This document shows positions 9,701 through 18,296 of a DNA stretch of 64,000 bases, in pieces. Each line of letters starts with the position of its first letter. Within the stretch, counting starts at the first letter, position 1. Below the pieces are notes generated by a model. The model ran no database searches. It was given only the letters and a program-made list of their open reading frames with translations, and was not told the origin of the DNA. The DNA is from an uncultured virus (IMG/VR IMGVR_UViG_3300022602_000034) (lineage: Duplodnaviria; Heunggongvirae; Uroviricota; Caudoviricetes), in IMG/VR virus record IMGVR_UViG_3300022602_000034. One strand, given 5' to 3'. The translations under genes and the position numbers were made by a program.

Positions 9701-12700
9701 TGAGTTTACATATGCATAGTTAGGAGCATAGATAGTTCCACCTACATACAAATCTTTTGTGACACTTGCACCACCTTGAACAATCAATGCACCGGTACCT
9801 GTACCAGTTGCATTCAATGTATTAGTGATGTTTACATTACCAGCAGTATTCAAATTACCAACGTTTGCATTGGCAGTTACATTCACACTAGCTAATGTAC
9901 CAACTTGTGTAATATTAGACTGAACAGCATTAATTACGTTACCGGTGTAGGCTGCATAATTTGCATTAGCTACAGTACCAACAATGTTGGCTGCGGCGAT
10001 ATTGCTCAATAAACCACCATCACCAAAATGATAGTTTGCGGTTACTAGATTACCTAAATTAGCATTTGCAGCAGTGATATTTGCAGCACTACTGATGTTG
10101 CCAGTAACATTCAAGTTAGCTAATGTGCCAACAACAGTGATATTAGATTGTGTTGCATTAACAACATTACCTGCATATGCAGCATAGTTTGCATTGGCAA
10201 TTGTACCGGTGATATTAGCCGCTTGAACGTTGCTTAATAGATTACCGCTGCCGCTGAAATAGTTGGCAGAAACTAAGTTGCCCAAACTTGCATTTGCAGC
10301 AGTAATGTTTGCGGCACTACTGATGTTGCCAGTTACATTCAAGTTAGCCAATGTACCAACTAATGTAATATTAGATTGGCTCGCATTGATTATGTTACCC
10401 GCATATGCAGCATAGTTTGCATTAGCCACAGTACCAGTAATATTAGCAGCCTGAATGTTACTTAGTAAGTTACCTGCTCCACTGAAGTAGTTTGCAGTTA
10501 CTAGATTACCCAAATTAGCATTTGCAGCAGTGATATTTGCAGCACTACTGATGTTGCCAGTTACATTCAAGTTAGCCAATGTGCCTACTTGTGTAATGTT
10601 AGATTGGCTTGCGTTAATTACATTACCGACATATACAGCATAGTTTGCGTTTGCTATAGTACCTGTAATATTACTTGCTTGGATGTTGCTTAGTAAGTTA
10701 CCACTACCACTAAAGTAGTTTGCAGTTACTAGGTTACCCAAGTTAGCATTACCACTAGAGATGTTTCCAGTTACGGTTAAACTTACTAATGAACCGACAC
10801 TAGTAATGTTTGGTTGAGCGTTTGTTAATACTGTACCGGCATATAATGAATAGTTTGCATTGGCCACAGTACCGGTAATGTTTGCAGCTTGGATATTACT
10901 TAGTAAGTTACCTGCTCCACTGAAGTAGTTTGCAGTTACTAAATTACCTAAGTTAGCATTAGTTGCAGAAACGTTAGCTCCGCTTGTGATATTGCCAGAT
11001 ACATTTAAATATCCAGTTACGTTTGCACCAGTGGTTGTTACGGTAACTGTAGTGTTGCCACCAACACCAATAATTACATTACCATTAATTGTTGGAATAG
11101 AAACATTACTTGTTCCATTAGCAACTGCGGCAGTAGCAATTGTTCCCCAAGACAAGTTACCAGTACCGTCAGTGTATAGATACTGACCGCTTGTACCACC
11201 AGTTAATTTAACGTTTGCGTTTGAACCTAAACTTACATTACTTGCAGTTGTAAAGTTGATTGTACCTGTAGCAGTTAATCCACTTAATGTACCTACACTA
11301 GTAATATTTGGTTGTGCATTCGTTAATACAGTACCGGCATATAATGAATAGTTTGCGTTAGCTACTGTACCAGTAATGTTTGCTGCTTGGAGATTACTCA
11401 ATAAGTTACCACTACCACTGAAATAGTTAGCTGTAATATAGTTGACGTTTGTAATGTTACCGGATGTAGCAGTACCAACAGTGATTCCAGTCGTAGTAAT
11501 AGTTACTACGTTTGCAACACCACCTACGCTTAATTGAATGTTTCCATTTGCAGACGGAATATTAATGTTACTATTACCATTTGCGAATACGCCGATCAAA
11601 TTACCAACAGTGGCATTGCCAGTAACAGTTAAACTTGTTAATGTGCCAACACTTGTAATATTTGGTTGAGCTGGTGTGGTTAATGTTCCACCAACTAAGT
11701 TAGCATTGAATGTACCGGTAGCCAAACTTACGTTGATATTTGCGTTACTACCTATCTGATAGTTACCTGATGTTGATCCACTAACAAACGTTGGGTAAAA
11801 TGTTCCGGTTGTTTGTGCAACTGTATTGCTATAGTCACTTACATTAGAATAACTTACATTTAAGTTTGCAACACGTGTTGTACTTGCAACTGCGATAGGT
11901 GCAGTACCTGTAACAACAGATGAAAAGAAGATGCCCGAAGTAGTAAAGTTTCCACCTTGAACGTTACCAATAGCTGTAATTATTCCACCAGATCCTAAAT
12001 TTCCAACGTTAGCATTACCTGCTATGTTTGCATAACCTGCAATGTTTACACCGGTACTTGCTGCAATCAATTGAGCAGTAGTATTACCTGCAACAAACAA
12101 GCTGATATTAGCATTGGCTGCAATGGAAACGTTTGAGTTACCATTTGCATGTGGTCCAATCAGGTTAGCACCGCTGATGTTACCGATGGCTGTTATCAAA
12201 CCATTAGTACCCAAATTACCAACGTTAGCATTACCTATTACTGATAATAATCCATTAGATGTTATGTTAGCACCCTGAATATTAGCTGTAGCAGATATGT
12301 TACCTGAAGCGTAAATATTAGCACCACTAGAGATGTTTCCACCAATAGTGTTGATGTTATAAGATATACTAAGATTGTTACCACTGATAGTTCCAGTAGC
12401 GGCTAATCCTCCGTTTGATGTTATGTTTCCACCAATGATGTTTCCTGCACCGGTATTTACGTAACCTGCTACATTAATACCTGTGCTAGTGAATACTACA
12501 GTGTTTGATGTTCCACCAATACTTACAGTGATGTTACCATTAACTGTCCCGGCAGTAATGTTACTCGTACCGTTACTCAATGATCCGGATGCAATAGTTG
12601 CCCAAGATAAGTTACCAGTACCATCTGTTTGTAAATATTGTCCAGTAGTACCACCTGTTAATTTGACGTTTGCATTTGAACCCAAACTTACATTACTTGC

Positions 12701-15382
12701 TGTAATGAAGTTAACGGTACCACCACTAGTTAAGTTAGATAATGTACCAACACTAGTAATGTTTGGTTGTGCGTTAGTTAATACGGTACCTGCGTATAGT
12801 GAATAGTTTGCGTTAGCTACAGTTCCAGTTATGTTACTTGCTTGAATGTTGCTTAGTAAGTTACCTGAACCAGTGAAATAATTAGCAGTTACAATGTTAC
12901 CTGCGTTGATGCCGCCGGTAGCAATTACATTCATTCCGGTACTTGTAAACACTAGTGTGTTTGAAACGCCGCCAATGCTTACAGTGATGTTACCGTTAAC
13001 AGTCCCTGCTGAGATATTACTTGTACCATTACTTAAACTACCAGCAGAACCTACACCAGTAAGCATACTGCCGTTGCCAATAAAGTAATTAGCAGTTACA
13101 TTTCCATTACTATCACGTTGCACTAATGTGTTTGCAGTTGCACTTACACTAGCACTGATATACCCGCTTGTGGTATCTACCCAATAATAACTAGTACCAT
13201 CAAAGAAGTACTTGTAAAGAATATCATTAGCTTGGTCATACCATTCATCACCCATTCTTGGGTTACTAGGAGCAGTGGTTGCACTAGCGAATGTAGGTAC
13301 ATTTTTGCTATCACGCTGAATGTTGCCAGTAACGCTTAATAAGTTAGTAGCTTGGTTAAATGTAAAGTTAGCACTAGCGTTGGCATTACCTTGATCGTTA
13401 AAGATAACTTGTGTATTTCCACCAGTAACATCTAAATTACCAACAATGTTACCAATGAAGTTACCATAAAAGTTTGCACCAATGATATTAGCAGCACTAC
13501 TGATGTTACCCGTTACATTCAAGTTAGCTAGTGTGCCTACCTGAGTAATATTTGGTTGAGCACTAGATGTTAATGTACCTGTAAGATAGTTTGCACTAAT
13601 CAAATTACCACCGGTAAAGCTGTTTGCAGCACCTAGTGTTGTATTTGTTAATGTACCAACACTTGTAATATTAGGTTGAGCACTGGTTGTCAATGTACCA
13701 GTGATATAATTAGCACTGACTAAGTTACCACCGGTGAAACTGTTTGCGGCACCCAGTGTTGTATTAACAAGAGTTCCGACACTTGTAATATTTGGCTGAG
13801 CACTAGTTGTTAGTGTACCTGTAAGATAGTTTGCACTAACTAAGTTACCACCGGTAAAGCTATTAGCAGCACCCAATGTTGTGTTAACTAATGTACCAAC
13901 TTGTGTAATATTAGATTGTACCGCATTGATTACATTACCTGCATATGCAGCGTAATTTGCATTAGCAACCGTACCAGTTACATTTGCACCAGTGATACTT
14001 GTTAAACCAACACCATTAGCTACAATCTTATCAACGGTAAGAGTATTGCTTGTTTTGTTAAAAGTTAAATTAGCACTAGCACCAAATGCACCATTGTCAT
14101 TAAACTGTATGTCAGTGTTGGCTCCTGCAACACCAACCAATGATGGGCTTTCCCAACTTACATTTCCTGATCCATCTGTAGTTAATACATAACCACCAGT
14201 ACCACCTGTGATTTTTACGTTAGCAACTGAACCCAATAGTACGTTTGATGTACCAGTAAAGTCAATATTTCCAGTTGCTGTTATGTTAGCAAGAGTACCA
14301 ACACTTGTAATATTTGGCTGTGCTGCATTACGAACTGTATTTGCAACTGTTGCGTTTGCAACAAACCCCGTAACGTTTGCACCGGTAAGAGCAGTTAGTA
14401 AACTACCATTACCAATAAAATAGTTAGAAGTAATAGAGTTAGCACCTGTTATGAACCCTGTTCCAGTAATTGTTAGATTAGCAAGTGTGCCGACACCAGT
14501 GATATTTGGCTGATTAGCAGTATAAACTTGGTCAGCAATATTTGCATTTGCTACTTGTCCAGTAACATTAGAACCGGTTAAGTTAGCTAATAAGTATCCA
14601 TCACCTTGAAAGTAATTTGCTTTGGCTAAGTTACCTAAGTTAGCATTACCTGTTTTTAAGTTACCAATAACGTTTGCAGATGATAGATTACCTAAACTAG
14701 TGATGTTTGGTTGTGAGCTTGCAATAACAGTACCAGCATACAATGCATAGTTTGCATTAGCAACTACATCAGTAACGTTTGGTCCATAGATAGCAGACAA
14801 GTTACTACCATCGCCATACAAGTATGATGCAACTGCAATATATCCTAAGTTAGCGTTTGCAGAAGTTAAGTTACCACCTGAGCTAATATTACCGCTAACA
14901 TTTAAATTAGCCAATGTACCAACTAATGTGATATTAGATTGTGTTCTACCTGTTACGTTTGCTGCATATGCAGCATAGTTTGCATTGGCTACAGTACCGG
15001 TAACATTGGCACCATTTAAACTAGTTAAACTTGCACCGTTTGCTACAATCTTATCAACTGTTAATGTATTTGAAGTTTTATCAAATGTTAGATTTGCACT
15101 GGCGCCAAAAGCACCACTGTCATTAAATTGAATTTGAGTGTTTGATCCTGTAACACCCACATCAAGTGGATTTTCCCAAGATAGTACACCTGAGCCATTT
15201 GTCTTTAATACATACCCGGCACTACCACCGGTGATTGTAAGGTTACTAATTGCACCTAAGTTTGTCGTACCAGTTACAGTTAAGTTATTTGCAGAAACGT
15301 TGGCGTTAATGTCAACAACATCATAAATGGTTGTTTCACCTACTGAAAACCCCTGGACGGCATTAAACTTTTTGATTCCCAT
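6749..15382 (-). CDS. Giant fibre-like virion protein (QPNITSVGTL/QSNITQVGTL-repeat family)
   Basis: 2877 aa, Asn/Thr/Gly/Ala-rich, many internal repeats, same C-terminal domain (IDVFPVSLYRTAKYTI...YQSIEALLIHDS...ITVYGSI). Confidence 0.8.
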   Translation of the reverse strand: MGIKKFNAVQGFSVGETTIYDVVDINANVSANNLTVTGTTNLGAISNLTITGGSAGYVLKTNGSGVLSWENPLDVGVTGSNTQIQFNDSGAFGASANLTFDKTSNTLTVDKIVANGASLTSLNGANVTGTVANANYAAYAANVTGRTQSNITLVGTLANLNVSGNISSGGNLTSANANLGYIAVASYLYGDGSNLSAIYGPNVTDVVANANYALYAGTVIASSQPNITSLGNLSSANVIGNLKTGNANLGNLAKANYFQGDGYLLANLTGSNVTGQVANANIADQVYTANQPNITGVGTLANLTITGTGFITGANSITSNYFIGNGSLLTALTGANVTGFVANATVANTVRNAAQPNITSVGTLANITATGNIDFTGTSNVLLGSVANVKITGGTGGYVLTTDGSGNVSWESPSLVGVAGANTDIQFNDNGAFGASANLTFNKTSNTLTVDKIVANGVGLTSITGANVTGTVANANYAAYAGNVINAVQSNITQVGTLVNTTLGAANSFTGGNLVSANYLTGTLTTSAQPNITSVGTLVNTTLGAANSFTGGNLVSANYITGTLTTSAQPNITSVGTLTNTTLGAANSFTGGNLISANYLTGTLTSSAQPNITQVGTLANLNVTGNISSAANIIGANFYGNFIGNIVGNLDVTGGNTQVIFNDQGNANASANFTFNQATNLLSVTGNIQRDSKNVPTFASATTAPSNPRMGDEWYDQANDILYKYFFDGTSYYWVDTTSGYISASVSATANTLVQRDSNGNVTANYFIGNGSMLTGVGSAGSLSNGTSNISAGTVNGNITVSIGGVSNTLVFTSTGMNVIATGGINAGNIVTANYFTGSGNLLSNIQASNITGTVANANYSLYAGTVLTNAQPNITSVGTLSNLTSGGTVNFITASNVSLGSNANVKLTGGTTGQYLQTDGTGNLSWATIASGSLSNGTSNITAGTVNGNITVSIGGTSNTVVFTSTGINVAGYVNTGAGNIIGGNITSNGGLAATGTISGNNLSISYNINTIGGNISSGANIYASGNISATANIQGANITSNGLLSVIGNANVGNLGTNGLITAIGNISGANLIGPHANGNSNVSIAANANISLFVAGNTTAQLIAASTGVNIAGYANIAGNANVGNLGSGGIITAIGNVQGGNFTTSGIFFSSVVTGTAPIAVASTTRVANLNVSYSNVSDYSNTVAQTTGTFYPTFVSGSTSGNYQIGSNANINVSLATGTFNANLVGGTLTTPAQPNITSVGTLTSLTVTGNATVGNLIGVFANGNSNINIPSANGNIQLSVGGVANVVTITTTGITVGTATSGNITNVNYITANYFSGSGNLLSNLQAANITGTVANANYSLYAGTVLTNAQPNITSVGTLSGLTATGTINFTTASNVSLGSNANVKLTGGTSGQYLYTDGTGNLSWGTIATAAVANGTSNVSIPTINGNVIIGVGGNTTVTVTTTGANVTGYLNVSGNITSGANVSATNANLGNLVTANYFSGAGNLLSNIQAANITGTVANANYSLYAGTVLTNAQPNITSVGSLVSLTVTGNISSGNANLGNLVTANYFSGSGNLLSNIQASNITGTIANANYAVYVGNVINASQSNITQVGTLANLNVTGNISSAANITAANANLGNLVTANYFSGAGNLLSNIQAANITGTVANANYAAYAGNIINASQSNITLVGTLANLNVTGNISSAANITAANASLGNLVSANYFSGSGNLLSNVQAANITGTIANANYAAYAGNVVNATQSNITVVGTLANLNVTGNISSAANITAANANLGNLVTANYHFGDGGLLSNIAAANIVGTVANANYAAYTGNVINAVQSNITQVGTLASVNVTANANVGNLNTAGNVNITNTLNATGTGTGALIVQGGASVTKDLYVGGTIYAPNYAYVNSTTLDANASLLYLTASPTYPYTYDIGFYSHFSTTGLPPGNGYQHTGFVRDHADNYWYLFSNAAEPSGGTVDLANANLVYDSIKLGGIVAYGEANISGNITSAANIIATNANLGNLVTANFFTGSGNLLSNIQASNITGTIANANYAAYAGNVVNASQSNITSVGTLNSLTATGTINFTTASNVSLGSNSNVKITGGTSGAVLQTDGTGNLTWASAGSTGISGSNTQVQYNNAGSFGASANFTFNNTNNTLTVDKIVANGAGLTSITGANVTGFVPNANVANTAYSVSGSNVSGPVDFATVANSVAGANVSGVVANANYAAYAGNVINASQSNITLVGTLANLNVTGNISSAANITAANASLGNLVTANYFSGNGSLLTGVAASSATTAGTVTTDAQPNITSVGTLVNLNVTGNITASANITAANASLGNLVVANYFSGNGSLLTSITGANVTGTVANANYASYAGNIINAVQSNITQVGTLANLNVTSNITSGANITATNANLGNLVTSNYFSGDGGLLSNIAGANITGTVANANYAAYASNVVNAVQSNITQVGTLANLTVTANITAGNANLGNLVTANYFTGNGSLLTAINGANVTGTVANATYATSAGSATTAATVTASAQPNITSVGTLSSVTVSGTTNLGAVGNITISGGSSGYVLATNGYGLLSWQPQSTSGMTGFVGVTQDDFTGDNSTTAFHLSSTPSSSAAVVVNIDGLIQQSSVYSLSGSTVNFTTAPLSGQKIEITSYSTTGAGSNTEVLFNNNGNVAGATNFTFDSSANVLTVGGNITANTITANANIVASGGYLTLNGGIIAVAGSNAGLFTSIISNVNIGLSGNVVLGASSGNVTARGNLIANTITANTSITSNLISATNIAVNNFYSNRAAVSVPINTSTIIDVFPVSLYRTAKYTIRVNSDAGYQSIEALLIHDSANALITVYGSISTSGSDIVLLSADINTGNVELLALSSTANTAVNLIGTYVADN
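9950..10760 (-). repeat. Intragenic tandem repeat with 228-bp (76-aa) period
   Basis: GCACTACTGATGTTGCCAG recurs at 10086, 10314 and 10542. Boundaries are approximate. Confidence 0.85.
13535..13895 (-). repeat. Intragenic tandem repeat, about 3 x 120 bp (40 aa)
   Basis: Near-identical blocks at 13561, 13681 and 13801 encode NTTLGAANSFTGGNLVSANYLTGTLTTSAQPNITSVGTL. Confidence 0.9.
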
Positions 15383-15395
15383 GGTACCCTAAATT

Positions 15396-17453
15396 TTAGA
15401 TTGTTGTATACTTAGTGGTCCATGTAGTAGAATTACTACTAGACGGTGTCACTGCAATTTGAATATTCCCTGATGCAATACTTACTACGAACTGACCACC
15501 TGCTGCACCCACACCACTTGAAAGAGAGATTCCTCCAAACACATCCCAGTCTACGTTTGCACCATCAGTAACCGCATGAATCTTAGCAATAGTATACTTA
15601 TAATTAGTATCAACACCTTTTACAAAATATTCAACACCGTTAATTCCAGTTACCGAGAAGGTCGCAAGAATTTTGGCTGATGTACTTGAACTTGTTACAG
15701 TAGTTGCCCCCTGTGTTGAGTTACCAGTAATTAAAGTAGTACCTGTTATGTTATTAGCCGAGACATTGTTAGCAGTAATATTACCTGTAATATTTGCATA
15801 ACCTGTAATATTTGCACCAGTTGGAGTAATAGTTACAGTTGTGTTTCCTGCCGCAGTGACAGTTACGTTACCACTTGCTGCAACGTTTACGTTACTTGTA
15901 CCATTAGTAATACTACTTGTACTTACAGTAGACCAAGATAGTACGCCCGATCCGTTTGTCTTCAAGAATTGACCAGAAGTACCATCTGTAGTTGGATATG
16001 TCAATCCACTAGCAATAAATGTACCTGAAACAGTTAAACTTGACAATGTACCAACACTTGTAATATTTGGTTGAGCATTTGTTGTTAAATTACCTGCAAC
16101 TGTTGTAGCAACAACGTTGCCCAAGAAATAAGCAGCATGAATATTTGCATATCCACCGTAAGATGCTGAGACATTCGGTACTACAGAATCGCCTGCAGTG
16201 ATTGATGATACATCAGATATAGCACGGAATTCATTATTAAGTGTGCTCCAAACAAATGCTTGGCTTACAGGACCTGCATTTAATGGCAAATAGTTACGTA
16301 AAATTAAACCTCTATCTTTGTTATCCGTACTTGTCGCATTAGCGGTTGCATTTCCACCACCTAAATAGATTAATGGTTCTTCAACTGACAATATATCTAC
16401 ACTTGTATATTGAGTTGTACCTGCAACAATCAAGTTACCACTAACAGTTAAATCTGTGCCAACTGTTGCACTTGATTGAACTGACAATACACTAACGTTA
16501 GCAGTATTAGCAACTTGGAATGCATCAACTTTAATAACGTTTCCAGTTGCTCTAATGTATCCAGAAGTACTTCCAATATAGATATTAGAAGAAACATATG
16601 CGTTACGCCAGTAGTTAGTTGAATTACCTAAATCATATGTGGCATTTGTAGCGGGTATCCATGAGCTAAGTACTGCACCTGTTAGACTCAAGTTACCTGT
16701 ATAAACATTACCAGAGTTTGCATTAGCAGTAACAGTCAAACTTGTTAGTGTACCTACACTTGTAATGTTAGGTTGTGCCCCGGTAGTTAATGTACCTTGA
16801 TGATAGTTAGCAATAACTAAGTTGCCCAAGTTAGCAGTACCAGTTGCTACTAAGTTGATGTTATCTACAGCTAATGTGTTAGATGTTTTAGTGAAAGTAA
16901 AGTTAGCACTACCAGCGAATGAACCATTGTCATTAAATTCAACTTGTGTATTAGAACCACCAATACCAACACTACTTGGGCTTACCCAAGTCAATGCACC
17001 TGAACCGTTTGTTTGCAACACATAACCAGTGCTACCACCGCTGATATGAACATTTGATACTGGACCCAATGTTACGTTAGCTGAACTAGTAAAGTTTACA
17101 GTGCCGTTAGCATTCAAGTTTGCAACGTTAGCAATAGTATTTGAATATAACGATGTAAGAATTGCATTACCAGTTAGTGTTAAATTAGATACACCATCAA
17201 ATGTTAAGTTAGCTGAACCTGCTAAGTCACCGCTGCTGTTATATTGTAGTTGTCCAGTAGTCCCACCGGCTTGTAAGAAGTCCCATGAAACTCCGTTAGC
17301 ATGTAATAAATGATCTGTTAATACGTTTCCTGCAACAACATTTGCGGTTAGGGTAGCGTTACCGGTTGTGATATCACCGTTCGCTAAGATCACGTTTGCT
17401 GGGGTTTCGCCTACTGAGTAGCCACCAACTGAGTTAAAGAGTCTAATCGCCAT
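15396..17453 (-). CDS. Fibre-like virion protein (QPNITSVGTL-repeat family)
   Basis: 685 aa. N-terminal LFNSVGGYSVG, two QPNITSVGTL repeats, divergent copy of the shared C-terminal domain (LATFSVTGINGVEYFVKG...IHAVTDG...DVFGGI). Confidence 0.8.
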   Translation of the reverse strand: MAIRLFNSVGGYSVGETPANVILANGDITTGNATLTANVVAGNVLTDHLLHANGVSWDFLQAGGTTGQLQYNSSGDLAGSANLTFDGVSNLTLTGNAILTSLYSNTIANVANLNANGTVNFTSSANVTLGPVSNVHISGGSTGYVLQTNGSGALTWVSPSSVGIGGSNTQVEFNDNGSFAGSANFTFTKTSNTLAVDNINLVATGTANLGNLVIANYHQGTLTTGAQPNITSVGTLTSLTVTANANSGNVYTGNLSLTGAVLSSWIPATNATYDLGNSTNYWRNAYVSSNIYIGSTSGYIRATGNVIKVDAFQVANTANVSVLSVQSSATVGTDLTVSGNLIVAGTTQYTSVDILSVEEPLIYLGGGNATANATSTDNKDRGLILRNYLPLNAGPVSQAFVWSTLNNEFRAISDVSSITAGDSVVPNVSASYGGYANIHAAYFLGNVVATTVAGNLTTNAQPNITSVGTLSSLTVSGTFIASGLTYPTTDGTSGQFLKTNGSGVLSWSTVSTSSITNGTSNVNVAASGNVTVTAAGNTTVTITPTGANITGYANITGNITANNVSANNITGTTLITGNSTQGATTVTSSSTSAKILATFSVTGINGVEYFVKGVDTNYKYTIAKIHAVTDGANVDWDVFGGISLSSGVGAAGGQFVVSIASGNIQIAVTPSSSNSTTWTTKYTTI

Positions 17454-17464
17454 TTTTCTTGTCC

Positions 17465-18157
17465 TTATTCTTTATAGCTTGTTACCATTATCTTGTAAGT
17501 GATAGTATCTGAAGACATTGGATTTACTGTTAAATTTACATTACTTGTTCCATCGTATGCAACTGAGAAGTCAGCAACGCCTGGGCTAGATTGCGGAACA
17601 TCAATTGTACCATATTCATAAAATCCAACTTCAGTACCTAATACACTTGCAAATAATTTGCTGGTTTGTCTAGTATTAGCAGTAGCATCAGTAGCAATGA
17701 TTGTATAATCAACTGAACAAATTGCATTAGCATATTGTGAATGCAATACTTGTCCAGCAGAACTACTAAAAGTAGTTGCCATCACAACAGTCGTTGTTGA
17801 GAATTCATTTACACCTGTACCTACAGTAAATGAACTTGCTTCTACTCTACCGGTGACTGTTAGTAATGCACCAATAGGGTCAAACGTGAATTCACCATTT
17901 GATGACGCTGCTCCACCCGCATTGAACAATACCCAACCATCTAAGCCTGGAGTAATTAAGTTACCAGAAATATTACCACTGAAGCTACCAATGAAGGTGT
18001 TAGCTACAATATTACCAGTAACAACTTGGTCACCGCTAATAGTAACATTACCGATGTTTGCTTGGTTTACTGTTAAATTTCCGTTAGCGTCTATAATAGG
18101 TATCGGAGGAATTCCTACTGTATATCCACCTACTGAATTAAATGCATCAACTGCCAT
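17465..18157 (-). CDS. Shortest member of the fibre family, first gene after the capsid gene
   Basis: Start reassigned to ATG 18157 (MAVDAFNSVGGYTVG, matching paralog N-termini, GGGA upstream). C-terminal SVDYTIIATD...RQTSKLFASVLG...YEYGTI domain. Confidence 0.75.
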   Translation of the reverse strand: MAVDAFNSVGGYTVGIPPIPIIDANGNLTVNQANIGNVTISGDQVVTGNIVANTFIGSFSGNISGNLITPGLDGWVLFNAGGAASSNGEFTFDPIGALLTVTGRVEASSFTVGTGVNEFSTTTVVMATTFSSSAGQVLHSQYANAICSVDYTIIATDATANTRQTSKLFASVLGTEVGFYEYGTIDVPQSSPGVADFSVAYDGTSNVNLTVNPMSSDTITYKIMVTSYKE

Positions 18158-18185
18158 GTATGGTCCCAAATATTATCTTATCATT

Positions 18186-18193
18186 TATTTATC
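18186..18193 (-). promoter_or_regulatory. Late promoter GATAAATA for the fibre cluster
   Basis: Intergenic, between the capsid terminator and ATG 18157. Confidence 0.65.
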
Positions 18194-18225
18194 ATTTTTT
18201 GACAATAGCTTCCTGTAGTGCCAAC

Positions 18226-18249
18226 AAAAAAGCACACCGAAGTGTGCTT
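18226..18249 (-). terminator. Intrinsic terminator after the major capsid gene
   Basis: AAGCACAC-TTCG-GTGTGCTT followed by TTTT (cUUCGg tetraloop). Confidence 0.9.
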
Positions 18250-18296
18250 AATTGTAACTTCCCATCCCTTTGAGAAATAAAAAGTTTAGTCTTTGA

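Noticed and set aside
1129..17453. Recurrent ~30-nt repeats (TGTACCAACACTAGTAATGTTTGGTTG-like) as a CRISPR array or DGR template/variable repeats
   Set aside because: They are in-frame coding repeats with irregular spacing and synonymous variation. No cas or reverse transcriptase gene is present and no adenine-specific pattern was seen.
1454..18218. Many short plus-strand ORFs antisense to the fibre genes
   Set aside because: They are shadow ORFs from the biased codon pattern of the repeat proteins, with no SDs or promoters.
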